Source: Alphaproteobacteria bacterium
GTDB taxonomy: Bacteria > Pseudomonadota > Alphaproteobacteria > MPNO01 > UBA830
DNA: 64,000 nt
Assembly: GCA_964291215.2 (NCBI GenBank)
Contig: OZ219790.1
Span: forward strand, 32,001-96,000
Direction: 5' to 3'
Part shown: positions 51,479-62,852 of the stretch, one piece after another
Layout: each line of letters opens with the position of its first letter
How positions within the stretch are numbered: position 1 is the first letter of the stretch
The notes under the pieces: model-generated
The model's database searches: none
What the model was told of the DNA's origin: nothing
The model's input: only the letters and a program-made list of their open reading frames with translations
Program-made: the position numbers and the translations under genes

Positions 51479-52945
51479 GTGGGAACACCCAGGAAACAGC
51501 AAGGCGGCGCGACGACCGGGCGCGGCTCAATGGAGGCGGCGGAATACAAGCATGTCGTCCTCGGTCTGATCTTCCTGAAATACATCTCCGACGCCTTCGA
51601 GGAGCGCCATGCGGCGGTGTTGGCCGAATGGGGCGCGGACGCCGCCGAGGACCGGGATGAGTATGCGGCCGAGAACATCTTCTGGGTGCCGCCGGAAGCC
51701 CGCTGGGAGCATCTGAAGGCGCAGGCGCGGCAGCCGGCTGTGGGCCAGGCGATGGCGGCGGTTGAGCGGGAAAATCCCGCGCTCGAAACTGTGCTGCCGA
51801 AGGACTATGCCCGCCCCGCCCTCAACAAGCAATGGCTCCGCCAGCTCATCGACATGGTCGGCAACATCCGGGTGGGCGATGCGGCGGCGCGCTCGCGCGA
51901 TGTGTTGGGCCGGGTCTACGAGTATTTCCTGTCCCGGTTCGCGAACGCCGAGGGCAAGAAGGGCGGCGAGTTCTACACTCCGCGCTGCGTCGTCCGGCTG
52001 CTGGTCGAGATGCTGGAGCCGTACCGGGGGCGGGTTTACGACCCGTGCTGCGGCTCGTCCGACATGTTCGTGCAATCGGTCGAATTCATCCGCGCCCACG
52101 CCACCGGCAATGGCGGCCGGATGCGCGGCGACATTTCCATCTGGGGCCAGGAATCCAACTACACGACATGGCGACTGGCAAAGATGAACCTCGCCATCCG
52201 CGGCATCGAGGGCCGCATCGCCCATGGCGACAGCTTCCATAACGACCGCCACCCCGACCTCAAGGCCGACTTCATCCTTGCCAATCCGCCGTTCAACGTG
52301 AAGGACTGGGGCGGCGAGCGTCTGGTCGACGACAGGCGCTGGCAATACGGGACCCCGCCGCCGCGCAACGCCAACTTCGCCTGGGTGCAGCACATGGTCC
52401 ACCATATGGCGCCCGGCGGCACGGCAGGGATCGTGCTTGCCAACGGTTCCATGTCGTCGGCCCAGTCGGGCGAGGGCGAGATCCGCCGCAACCTGGTCGA
52501 GGCCGGCCTCGTGGACTGCATGGTCGCCCTGCCGGGCCAGCCCTTCTACTCGACGCAGATTCCGGCCTGCCTGTGGTTCCTGACGCGGGACCGCGGCAAC
52601 GGCCGGTTCCGCGACCGGCGCGACGAAATCCTGTTCGTCGATGCCCGCGCGCTGGGGCGCATGGCGGACCGCACCCACCGCGAGTTGACGGACGAGGACA
52701 TCGCCCGCATCGTCGGCGCCTACCACGCTTGGCGCGGCGCGGCGCTGGCCGAGGTGCGCCAGCACGGCCATGTACTCACCCCCGGCCGCTATGTCGGCGC
52801 GCCGCCGCAGGAGGACGACGGCGAACCCTTCGAGAACAGGATGAGGCGCCTCGCTGCGCAGCTGCGCGAGCAGCAGGCCGAGGGGGCGCGGCTGGACGCG
52901 GCGATCGAGAAGAACCTCCAGGCGCTGGGGTTCAGGGGGAATTGA
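51479..52945 (+). pseudogene. hsdM: Type I R-M methyltransferase subunit with in-frame deletions
   Basis: [30 protein letters not shown]; motif I reads [10 protein letters not shown] instead of GSGGMF, and the N-terminal LW..AD.L segment is missing. Confidence 0.8.
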
Positions 52946-54060
52946 TGCCGCCCGTCCGCTACCATGCTGGCCGCTTCCCGCCCGAAGACCGGATCGACTG
53001 GCGCAAACTGATCCCCCATATCGGCCCCGCGGCCGCGGCGCTGGCGCGTTACGACGGGGTACTGGCGGTGGTTCCGAATCCCAGAGTTCTGCTCGCGCCG
53101 CTGAGCACTCGAGAGGCGGTACTCTCGTCGCGAATCGAGGGAACCCGGGCCACGATGGGCGAAGTGCTGCAATTCGAGGCCGGCCGGCCGGCCGATTCGC
53201 CGACGCACCACGACGACATTCACGAAGTGCTCAACTACCGCGCCGCCATGCGCCAGGCAGAAGAGGCGCTGGAGACGCTGCCACTCTCCCAAAGGGTTAT
53301 TCGGGAGGCGCACGCAGTATTGCTGCGCGGCGTGCGGGGCCAAGGGAAGTCGCCCGGCACATACCGGCGGGTCTCCAACTGGATCGGCCCGCCCGGCTGC
53401 ACCGTGGACGAAGCGCGGTTCGTGCCGGTCGAGGCAGACAGGCTCCTCGAAGCCATGGACGCATGGGAACGCCACCTCCATGCGGAAACGCCCGACAGGC
53501 TGGTGCAACTGGCTGTCCTTCACGCCGAATTCGAGGCCCTGCACCCCTTCCTCGACGGCAATGGACGCCTCGGACGTATGCTCGTGCCGTTGTTCCTGTG
53601 GCAGGCCAACCAGATCCGTGCGCCCATGTTCTACATCAGCGCCTACTTCGAGGCGCACCGCGACGCCTACTACGACGGCCTGCTCACCGTGTCCCGCGAC
53701 GACGACTGGACGGGTTGGTGCCGGTTCTTCCTCAAAGCCGTCAAGCTACAGGCCGAGGACAATCTGGCTAGGGCGCAAGGGATTGTCGAACTCTACGACA
53801 CGATGAAGGGTCGTGTGGTCGGCCTGACCCGGTCCCAGTACGCCATCTTCGCTCTGGACTGGATCTTCGGACAGCCGATCTTCCAAAGCACCGACTTCGT
53901 GTCCCAGTCGGCGATCCCGGCCCCCACGGCGCGGCGGATTCTCAACCTCTTGCGTGAAGCCGGCATCCTCGAGACCATCATCGAAGGCCGGGGCCGTCGC
54001 GCCGCTGTTCTAGCGTTTCCCGAACTATTGAATATCGTGGAGGGTGGGAAGGAGTTTTGA
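52945..54060 (+). CDS. Fic-domain protein
   Basis: [12 protein letters not shown] catalytic motif; SSRIEG inhibitory motif. Confidence 0.93.
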   Translation: MPPVRYHAGRFPPEDRIDWRKLIPHIGPAAAALARYDGVLAVVPNPRVLLAPLSTREAVLSSRIEGTRATMGEVLQFEAGRPADSPTHHDDIHEVLNYRAAMRQAEEALETLPLSQRVIREAHAVLLRGVRGQGKSPGTYRRVSNWIGPPGCTVDEARFVPVEADRLLEAMDAWERHLHAETPDRLVQLAVLHAEFEALHPFLDGNGRLGRMLVPLFLWQANQIRAPMFYISAYFEAHRDAYYDGLLTVSRDDDWTGWCRFFLKAVKLQAEDNLARAQGIVELYDTMKGRVVGLTRSQYAIFALDWIFGQPIFQSTDFVSQSAIPAPTARRILNLLREAGILETIIEGRGRRAAVLAFPELLNIVEGGKEF

Positions 54061-54184
54061 GACTTGCCTGTGCCACACAACGGTTGTTGAGTCTCATTAT
54101 CTTGCTAAAATTGATCGGCAAATCGGCTTGCTGCTCATGGATGAGCCGCAACGGGCCTGGGCGCCGGAGACCGAGCGGCGGGAC

Positions 54185-54610
54185 ATGAGCATCGATACGA
54201 CTTTCCTGCGGCGCTGCATCGGTGCGCTGGAAACTGTCTTCCGCGAGATCGGGAAGCATCGCGCGGCGGACGACTTCATGTACGACATCTATCGCGCCGC
54301 CTGCGTGAAGGAGTTCGAGTTGGTGCTGGAGCAGAGCGGCAAGCTGTTGCGCAAGCGGCTTGCCGGTTTCTTCGCCAGCAACAGGCAGGCCGACCGGCTT
54401 GTCTTCAAGGACCTGTTCCGTCATGCCGCCCGGCACGGACTGATCGGAGCCGCCGCGGCGAAACGCTGGCTCGGCTATCGCGACAACCGCAACGATACCG
54501 CGCACGACTACGGCAAAAGCTTCGCCGAGGCCACGCTGAGGCTATTGCCCGACTTTATCGCCGATGCCCGGACGCTGGCGGGGAGACGTGATCGAGGCGG
54601 CGCCGGATGA
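54185..54610 (+). CDS. HEPN / HI0074-family nucleotidyltransferase substrate-binding protein
   Basis: KEFELVLEQSGKLL, KDLFR, RNDTAHDY. Confidence 0.85.
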   Translation: MSIDTTFLRRCIGALETVFREIGKHRAADDFMYDIYRAACVKEFELVLEQSGKLLRKRLAGFFASNRQADRLVFKDLFRHAARHGLIGAAAAKRWLGYRDNRNDTAHDYGKSFAEATLRLLPDFIADARTLAGRRDRGGAG

Positions 54611-54747
54611 CTGACCGGCTGCATCTCCAGCCACAGCATCGCAAAGTGCTGAAAACGCTGTTGCGGAAGCATGGGCCCGATGTGGAGGCGTAGGCCTATG
54701 GCATCCGCATCAACGGGCAGTCATGACAGCAGCGACCTCGCTCTAGT

Positions 54748-56471
54748 CTGAAGTTCCAGAGCCGATCAGACGTAAGTACTTGATAGAAATGACATTCGAT
54801 ACATTTCAGCGGTCTGGGTACACTATGGCTTCACGCCCAGGAGCTTGAAAGCCCTTCTCTGGAGCGGCGTGGGCCGTGTGGTGACCGGGAAGGGTTCGGC
54901 GCCCGCAAGGCGGGGCGCCACGGTGTTGCGGGTGGCAAGATCGCCGATGAGGGTGCGGAAGCTGTGCCCCCTCCGGGCGTCCTTTTCGTGGCCGCCTTGG
55001 CCCGGGCGCTCGCCGAGACTTCTGCCGGCGCCACGACGGACGGCCGCCTTCGGCATCCTCGTCGTCGAACAGCATGGGCTTCAGTCGCATGTGCCATTCG
55101 ATGTAGTAGGCGAGCATGCACAGGAAGACGCGGACTCGGGGTGCGGTGGTAGACGGGGCGCACCTTCAGGTCCTTGAGGCTGCGGAAGGTCCGTTCCACG
55201 GAGCTCAACCGCTTGTAGGTCCGCACCGTGCCGGGACCGTCGAGCTCGCTCTGCGGCAGGCGGATCACGTAGAGGAGCTGGGCCTCGGCGGCGATGGCAG
55301 CCGCATCGCGCCCATAGGTGAAGACCCCCTCGTCGTCGATGGACCACGTGAAATGCTTGGCCATCCTGCCGATGACCTTCCGCTCCCCGATCTTCCCGGC
55401 GCCCTTGAGACGGCGCTGGTCTCGCCGTGTCGCTGCGGCAATCGGTGCGAGCAGGGCCTCGGTGGCCTCGAGCAGTTCCTGGCGCTTCCGGTCCTCGGCC
55501 AGCAGCGGGTTGCGGCAGAGGCGCTCGCCGGGATACGCATCGCTGGTGATCTCCACCAAGTCCCTCTCGTCGAAGAGCGACATCTCGACATCGCCGGCCT
55601 CCACCAGGGAACGGATACCCCTCAAGGCGCTGGCCCGCAGGCTTCACCTCCTCGCGGGCCTCGGTCAGCATCCCCCACCAGCACCACCTTCGCCAGGGAG
55701 AACCGCTCCTGCAGCGTGGTGATCTGCGAGGACAGCGTCGCCGGGTGTTGCCGGGGAACACCGACACCCGTCCCGGTCGCACAGAAGGCCGACTGCAGCT
55801 TGCCCTTCTTGCCATCCCGGGAATGACCTCGCCTGGCCAAGGGGCACCCCTCCATCCACACGGAAGTCAGGAGCACCAGGCAGCCTTCTTCGAGGTGCCG
55901 CCAGGGGATCCTCTCCTGACGTTCCAGGAGCCGTAGAGGGCGTCCTCGTCCATCTCCGCATCGAGGAGCTCGCCCAGAGTGCTGACCGCTGTGGCCATCC
56001 CCCTGGCCAGCTTCGAGGCGGGCTCGAGGATGCGTGCCACGATCATGGCGAGAACCTGATCGCGCTCGGGAGAAGGCTTCGGGTCGATCCGCCGGTCCAG
56101 TTTCTTCAGGGTTCCCAGCACCGCGGCCACATGGGGTAGGGAGCGGACGAGGCGTCGTCGAGACCTGCGGTTCCTCCCTTGAGCAGAATGCGCAATCCCT
56201 CGATGAGAGCGGGCTTGGAAAGGTTGGCGAGGGTGCGCTTCTTGACTGCTCCGGCTTTGCGCTAGGACTCGCGGAGCAGGATGGCGGGCGGGGACGAGCG
56301 CTTGGGGACGGATTCGATATACATGGCTACTGCATATAGGCGCAAGATCCATGGATGTCAAGCACCGAAAACCGTATTACATGGGTACATTCTGACGCAC
56401 GAAAAATCCGACAAACCACGCTGCATCAATGACTTGACGTGCATTTCAGCCGGAATTTTCTGGAACTTCTG
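54748..56471 (-). mobile_element. Degenerate IS1634-family element; 6-bp TSD TCTAGT
   Basis: IR gaagttccaga; MYIESVPKRSSPPAILLRES; RGHSRDGKKGKLQ; TSD at 54742-54747 and 56472-56477. Confidence 0.88.
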
Positions 56472-56475
56472 TCTA

Positions 56476-57357
56476 GTGTTATGTCAGCAATGATATGTCG
56501 TACATTTGGCGCTGGACTGTCCGTTCATTCGGGATGGAGGTCGGAGTATGAAACGCTACGTGGTGACCTTGGACGAACGGGCAGAACTTTCGGAGATCAC
56601 GACCAAGGGCTCGCACCTGTCGCAAAAGGTGATCAACGCCCTGCTTAACTGCGACGAGGGCGCGTTCAATGAATGCCAGATGACCGGGAAGGTCATTGCC
56701 GGGATTCTGCGCATCAGCATGCGCAAAGTAGACCGGGTGAAGAAGCGTTTCGTGGAAGAGGGGCTGGAGGCGGTATTGGGTGGCCGGCGCCGTCCTACCT
56801 ATATGCGAAAAGCCGACGGCACCTTCGAGGCGCGTGGCCCTGAGTTGTGGCGAACCGCCCGAGGGACACGCGCAATGGTCGTTGCGGCTGCTGGCCGACC
56901 GCGTTGTCGAGCTTGGTTACGCCGTGTCACACGAGATGGTGCGGCGTGTTCTAAAAAAAATTGCCTCAAGCCATGGCAGCGGGTGGGTGATTCCTCCTCA
57001 AGGGAACGCCGACATCGCCGGGCGCTACCAGGATGCCACCACCATCACCCTGGTGATGGACAATCTCAACACTCCCCGGTGCCTTCTATGAGGCCTACCC
57101 GCCGGACGAGGCCTTGTGGGACCGCTTCGAGTTCGTCTGCACCCCCAAGCACGGCAGTTGGCTGAACGTGGTGGAACTCAACGTCATGATCCGCCAGTGC
57201 CTGAACCGCCGCATCGACTGCATCGAGGTGCTACGCCGGGAAGTCGCCGCCTGGCAGGCGACCGCATTCAGGCCAAGGTGGATTGGCAGTTCACCACCGA
57301 CGATGCCCGCGTGAAACTCAAACGCCTTTATCCAACATTTGACGAAGCACAAGACAC
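56476..57357 (+). mobile_element. IS630-family element, internally deleted; TA duplication
   Basis: MKRYVVTL, TPKHGSWLNV; inserted in the right TSD of IS1634. Confidence 0.85.
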
Positions 57358-57557
57358 TAGTGCTGCGGGGGCCGGGATTGAAGGAAATTCCGGCGGACAA
57401 CATGGCAGACTTCGAGGAGGCGGTGTGGAAATCGACCATTCCCTTCTTGGTAGAGGCCCGCGACTGGTCCCGCCAGCCGAAGCAGTTCCACCGAGAGATT
57501 GAGCGGGCCCATGTAGTGCTGACCAAATCTCCGGCCTTCGCCAAGCATTGGCTTAAG

Positions 57558-59331
57558 CCGAAGTTCCAGAGCCGATCAGACGTAAGGGTTTGTCACCAAA
57601 TGATCGAATCCGTGTATCTACTCACCCCTAGTCCGAAGTTCCAGAAGATTCCGGTTGAAATGCACGTCAAGTCATTGATGTAGCGTGGTTTATCGGATTT
57701 TTCGTGCGTCAGATTGTACCCATGTAATATTATGTTGGATGCTTGACATCCATGGATCTGCCGCCTATAGTCATGTATATCGAATCCATCCCCAACCGCT
57801 CGTCCCCGCCCGCCATCCTGCTCCGCGAGTCCTGCCGCGAAGCCGGAACGGTCAAGAAGCGCACCCTCGCCAACCTTTCCAAGTGGTCGCCCGCTCTCAT
57901 CGAGGGATTGCGCATTCTGCTCAAGGGAGGAACCGCAGGTCTCGACGACGCCTCTTCCGCTCTCTTCCCCATGTCGCCGCGGTGCTGGGAACCCTGAAGA
58001 AACTGGACCGGCGGATCGACCCGAAGCCTTCTCCCGAGCGCGATCAGGTTCTCGCCATGATCGTGGCACGCATCCTTGAGCCCGCCTCGAAGCTGGCCAA
58101 GGGGCTGGCGACAGCGGTCAGCGCCTTGGGTGAGATGCGGAGTTGGACGAGAATGCCCTCTACGGCTCCTGGAACGTCAGGAGAGGATCCCCTGGCGGCA
58201 CCTCGAAGAGGGCTGCCTGGTGCTCCTGACTTCCGTGTGGATGGAGGGAAGAGCATGCCCCTTGGCCCAACGGGGTCATTCCCGGGATGGCAAGAAGGGC
58301 AAGCTGCAGTCGGCCTTCTGTGCGACCGGGACGGGTGTCGGTGCGGGTGTTCCCCGGCAACACCCGGCCACGGTGTCCTCACAGATCGCCACGCTGCGGG
58401 AGCGGTTCTCCTTTGCGAAGGTGGTGGGGGACCGGGGGACCGAGGCCCGCGAGGAGGTCAAGCCTGCGGGCCAGCGCCTTGAGGGGCATCCGTTCACTGG
58501 TGGAGGCCGGCGACGATGTCGCTCTTCGACGAGAGGGACCTTGTGGAGATCATCAGCAATGCGTATCCCGGCGAACGCCTCTGCCGCAACCCCCTGCTGG
58601 ATCGGGCTCGCAAGCGCCAGGAACTGCTCGAGGCCACCGAGGCTCGCACCGATTGCCGCAGCGACACGGCGCGACAAGCGCCGCCTCAAGGGTGCCGGGA
58701 AGATCGGGGAGCGGAAGGTCATCGGCAGGATGGCGAAGCACTTCACGTGGTCCATCGACGATGACGGTGTCTTCACCTATGGGCGCGATGAGGCTGCGAT
58801 CGCTGCCGAGGCTCCTCTACGTGGTCCGCCTGCCGCAGAGCGAGCTCGACGGTCCCGCGCGCCTACAAGCGGCTGAGCTCCGTGGAACGGGCCTTCCGCA
58901 GCCTCAAGGACCTGAAGGTCCGTCCCGTCTACCCGAACCCCGAGTCCGCGTCTTCCTGTGCATGCTCGCCTACTACGTCGAATGGCACATGCGACTGAAG
59001 CCCATGCTGTTCGACGACGAGGATGCCGAAGGCGGCCGTCCGTCGTGGCGCCGGCAGAAGTCTCGGCGAGCGCCCGGGCCAAGGCGACAACGAAGAGGAC
59101 GCCCGGAGGGGGCACAGCTTCCGCACCCTCATCGGCGATCTTGCCACCCGCAACACCGTGGCGCCCCGCCTTGCGGGCGCCGAACCCTTCCAGGTCACCA
59201 CATGGCCCACGCCGCTCCAGAGAAGGGCATTCAAGCTCCTGGGCGTGAAGCCATAGTGTACCGAGACCGCTGAAATGTATCGAATGTCATTTCTATCAGA
59301 TACTTAGGACTGATCGGCTCTGGAACTTCGG
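57558..59331 (+). mobile_element. Second IS1634 copy (57633-59331), preceded by short IS1634 and IS66 end stubs
   Basis: IRs ccgaagttccaga / tctggaacttcgg; near-identical inverted copy of 54748-56471. Confidence 0.85.
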
Positions 59332-59335
59332 GCTA

Positions 59336-60046
59336 GTGTCTTGTCATTCATAAAATGTCGAATAAATACGTTTGAGTTTCACGCGGGCATCGTCGGTGGT
59401 GAACTGCCAATCCACCTTGGCCTGGATGCGGTCGCCTGCCAGGCGGCAACTTCCCGGCGTAGCACCTCGATGCAGTCGATGCGGCGGTTCAGGCGGATCA
59501 TGACGTTGAGTTCCACCACGTTCAGCCAACTGCCGTGCTTGGGGGTGTAGACGAACTCGAAGCGGTCCCACAAGGCCTTGGCCTCGTCCGGCGGGTAGGC
59601 CTCATAGAAGGCGCCGGGGAGTGTTGAGATTGGCCATCACCAGGGTGATGGTGGTGGCGTCCTAGTAGCGCTCGGCGATGTCGGCCAGGAACTGCGCCCA
59701 GTCGATCTTGCGCTCGGTTACCTTGGTCATGCGCTTGCCGGCCAGGGGTTCCGTGAAGACGTTGCAGGTACCGCAACGTCGATACTCGTAGTCGTTACGT
59801 GCTGACCGTCCCGGCGCCATGGCGATCGGTTGCCGTGTCTCGCCGGTCGGGGCGTTTCGTCCATGCAGACCACGGGGAAGGCGGCGGGGCGGCGATAGAC
59901 ATCGAGCACCTTTTCCATCGCTGCGGCGAAGTCGGCGTTCCCTTGAGGAGGAATTACCCACCCAACCCGCTGCCATGGCTTGAGGCAGTTTTTTTTAGAA
60001 CACGCCGCACCGTCTCGTGTGACACGGTATCAATGTAACCAAGCTC
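59336..60046 (-). mobile_element. IS630 3' half
   Basis: MEKVLDVY, VVCMDE, NDYEYRRCGTCN, YTPKHGSWLN. Confidence 0.82.
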
Positions 60047-61566
60047 GTATCTACTCACCCCTAATTGGGTTCTGATTGGTCGTAGTGCTCGTTGATGATG
60101 TCTGCGGCTTTTCCGTCGAGGGCGATCTGGGTGGCAACGAGTGGGTTGTAGCCGAGTGCGGCCATGGAGGTGAGGTAGCTTGAGCCCCGGCACCATACTT
60201 TTGCGTGGAGCGGAAGCATCCGGACACCTTGACCTTTGCCATCCTGATCTTCTGTTCTCCGGCATTGTTGGTGAAGCTGACATCGGGGTCGTCTGTGAAG
60301 CGCAGGTTTTCGTGTTTCACGAGACGTTCGTGCAGGTTGTGCGCGTCGGACTTGCGTCCACGTTTTCCTTTCGGCGGCGGCGGGATATCGGGCAGTTCCC
60401 TGGCGCCCTGATGGTGCGGTAGCGCTTGCGCCCGGCGTCGTTCAGGGTCTTGGATGCGCTCTTGTTGATCTTGTGGCAGGGAGCAGGCTCTTCATCAGTC
60501 GCGCGGTAGCCTCGACGACAAAGGTCAGTTCGCGCAGCAGGTGGCTGCCGCACAACTGGTGGCTACACTGGCCCATGTACGAGGCCCAGGACGCCCTTGT
60601 AGCACGGGCCGATCTCTTGCCCGCGCTTGCGGTGCGGGAACTTGCACGTCAGGGTCCCACGACATGGAGCCACTTACTGTTGATCCGAAATCATCGACAT
60701 CGGGCGTTGCAGGAGGTGCGCCACGGCGGCCTCCTCCCATGACACATCGTGAAAGCATAGCCGAGGCAGGTTGCCTCGGAGAGCTTGATGCCGGAGATCG
60801 CCTGCACGAGCGCGACGGCGCAGGGACAGCATCTGGGCGACCAGCAGGTTGATGACGAGGGCTTGGATGTCGATGCCGTACTGCACGGGATGTTGTCGGG
60901 GAACCGGCCCTTGGTTCGGGCCTTGCACTTCGGGCATTCCTTGATCTCGGCGCGGCGCTCGACGACCTCGAACACGATGTCGTGCGGCGCTCCCGATCGA
61001 CGGGGGCGTCGATGTCGGCGCCGCAGGCGTCGCAGGCCGCGACCGTCTCCTCGACGATAGTCTTGCGCAGGTTGTCGCCCATCTGCCGGTTCGGCTTCGG
61101 GCCCTTGCCGTTGCTCCCGGCACGCTCTCGTCCTTGTCCGTCTGTGACGGCGACAGACCGGAGTTCCGGCTCGTGCGTGGTCTTCTCCAGAAGGACGACG
61201 ATGAGGATGTCGAGCAGGATGACGAAGACGCGGATCACGGCCTCTTCCGCCACCTTGCCGGCCGCACGCAGCGCCTTGGCCGCTTCGAACTCCTCGCGCG
61301 CCGCCCGTCGCCATCACCCGGCCTTGCGCTTCATCAGCGCGCCGCCTCCGAGATGCGTTTTCACATACAGATCATGCGGGGGCCGGAGCCCCGGAAGCAG
61401 CTGGCACAGCCCGCTCGTCGCCTTCGATCCAAAGTAGCCCACTGGCGGTCCCCGTCGTTCTCGATTACCACCACTAAACGAATCGGCCTGCAGTGTCAAA
61501 TCTCCACGAAAACCCGTTCGTTGCTCTACCCCGACATCAAGCCGGAACCAGGGGGTGAGCAGTTAC
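60047..61566 (-). mobile_element. Third full-length degenerate IS66 copy, followed by an inverted right-part fragment (61567-61841)
   Basis: Both IRs present; near-identical to 35938-37457. Confidence 0.88.
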
Positions 61567-61841
61567 CCTGCACGAACGTCTCGTGAAACACGAAAACCTG
61601 CGCTTCACAGACGACCCCAACGTCAGCTTCACCAACAATGCCGGAGAACAGAAGATCAGGATGGCAAAGGTCAAGGTGTCCGGATGCTTCCGCTCCACGC
61701 AAAAGCATGGTGCCGGGGCTCAAGCTACCTCACCTCCATGGCCGCACTCGGCTACAGCCCACTCGTCGCCACCCAGATCGCCCTCGACGGAAAAGCCGCA
61801 GACATCATCAACGAGCACTACGACCAATCAGAACCCAACTA

Positions 61842-62534
61842 GTGTTATGTCAGCAATGATATGTCGTACATTTGGTACTAGACTGTCCGTCCATTCGGGA
61901 TGGAGGTCGGAGTATGAAACGCTACGTGGTGACCCTGGACGAACGGGCAGAACTTTCGGAGATCACGACCAAGGGCTCGCACCTGTCGCAAAAGGTAATC
62001 AACGCCCTGATCCTGCTTAACTGCGACGAGGGCGCGTTCAATGAATGCCAGATGACCGGGAAGGTCATTGCTGAGATTCTGCGCATCAGCATGCGCAAGG
62101 TAGACCGGGTGAAAAAGCGTTTCGAGGGGCTGGAGGCGGCATTGGGTGGCCGGCAAGGACGCCGTCCTACCTACATGCGAAAAGCCGACGGCACCTTCGA
62201 GGCGCGTGGCCCTGAGTTGTGGTGAACCGCCTGAGGGTTACGCGCAATGGTCGTTGCGGCTGCTGGCCGACCGCGTTGTCGAGCTTGGGTATCTGCTCAC
62301 CCCTAGTTGGGTTCTGATTGGTCGTGGTGCTCGTTGATGATGTCTGCGGCTTTTCCGTCGAGGGCGATCTGGGTGGCGACGAGTGGGTTGTAGCCGAGTG
62401 CGGCCATGGAGGTGAGGTAGCTTGAGCCCCGGCACCATGCTTTTGCGTGGAGCGGAAGCATCCGGACACCTTGAGCTTGACCTTTGCCATCCTGATCTTC
62501 TGTTCTCCGGCATTGTTGGTGAAGCTGACGTCGG
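61842..62534. mobile_element. IS630 5' half (+, 61842-62288) joined to an IS66 right-end fragment (-, 62289-62534)
   Basis: Matches 56476 onward up to gagcttgg, then the IR gtatctgctcacccc. Confidence 0.82.
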
Positions 62535-62852
62535 GTGCGCCAGGCAAACTGGTGGAATGTGGCCGGGTGCAAGTCCCGGCAGGAAGAGAGGCTAATTTCT
62601 CCGTGAACCATGCGTCGTGAGGCGAAGCGTTGGGGAGCGGCAGGTCAGGCTATTGAGCCACGAGATGCTTTGAAACCGGAGTGCCGAGGTCGTGGCCGAA
62701 GGCAACGAGCCGCGTTGGTGAGGGGGGCTCCGCGGGGTCCGAAAACCATGGCCGAAGCAGGGACCTGGGAGGTCTTGCCCCTCTGTCGTAGAGGGGCCGC
62801 AGAGGAAATTCCGTAAGCGGATGATGAACGAGAAGTCAGATTCGGCCATAGT
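62535..62852 (+). ncRNA. Group II intron 5' part (outer intron, domain I), interrupted
   Basis: GTGCG 5' end where IS66 homology stops; gggtgcaagtccc; acctgggagg; gatgatgaacgagaagtcagattcggccatagt (typical domain I elements). Confidence 0.72.

Larger units (their letters stand above)
54607..57557 (+). pseudogene. Minimal nucleotidyltransferase (MNT) split by IS1634 and IS630, also with nonsense and frameshift lesions
   Basis: MTDRLHL...VEA*AYGIRING...SDLAL (to 54747), continuing VLRGPGLKEIP...STIPFLVEARDW from 57360. Confidence 0.82.

Noticed and set aside
37688-54693. In-frame TAG codons in three accessory genes suggesting amber recoding
   Set aside because: TAG is the normal stop of gpt, dctP and dctM here; no pyl or suppressor genes are seen, and two of the three genes have other lesions.
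62775-62800. EBS1 of the outer intron in hairpin gcccctct-gtcgt-agaggggc
   Set aside because: The loop does not pair with the 5' flank (gacgtcgg), so homing of the outer intron into IS66 is not demonstrated.
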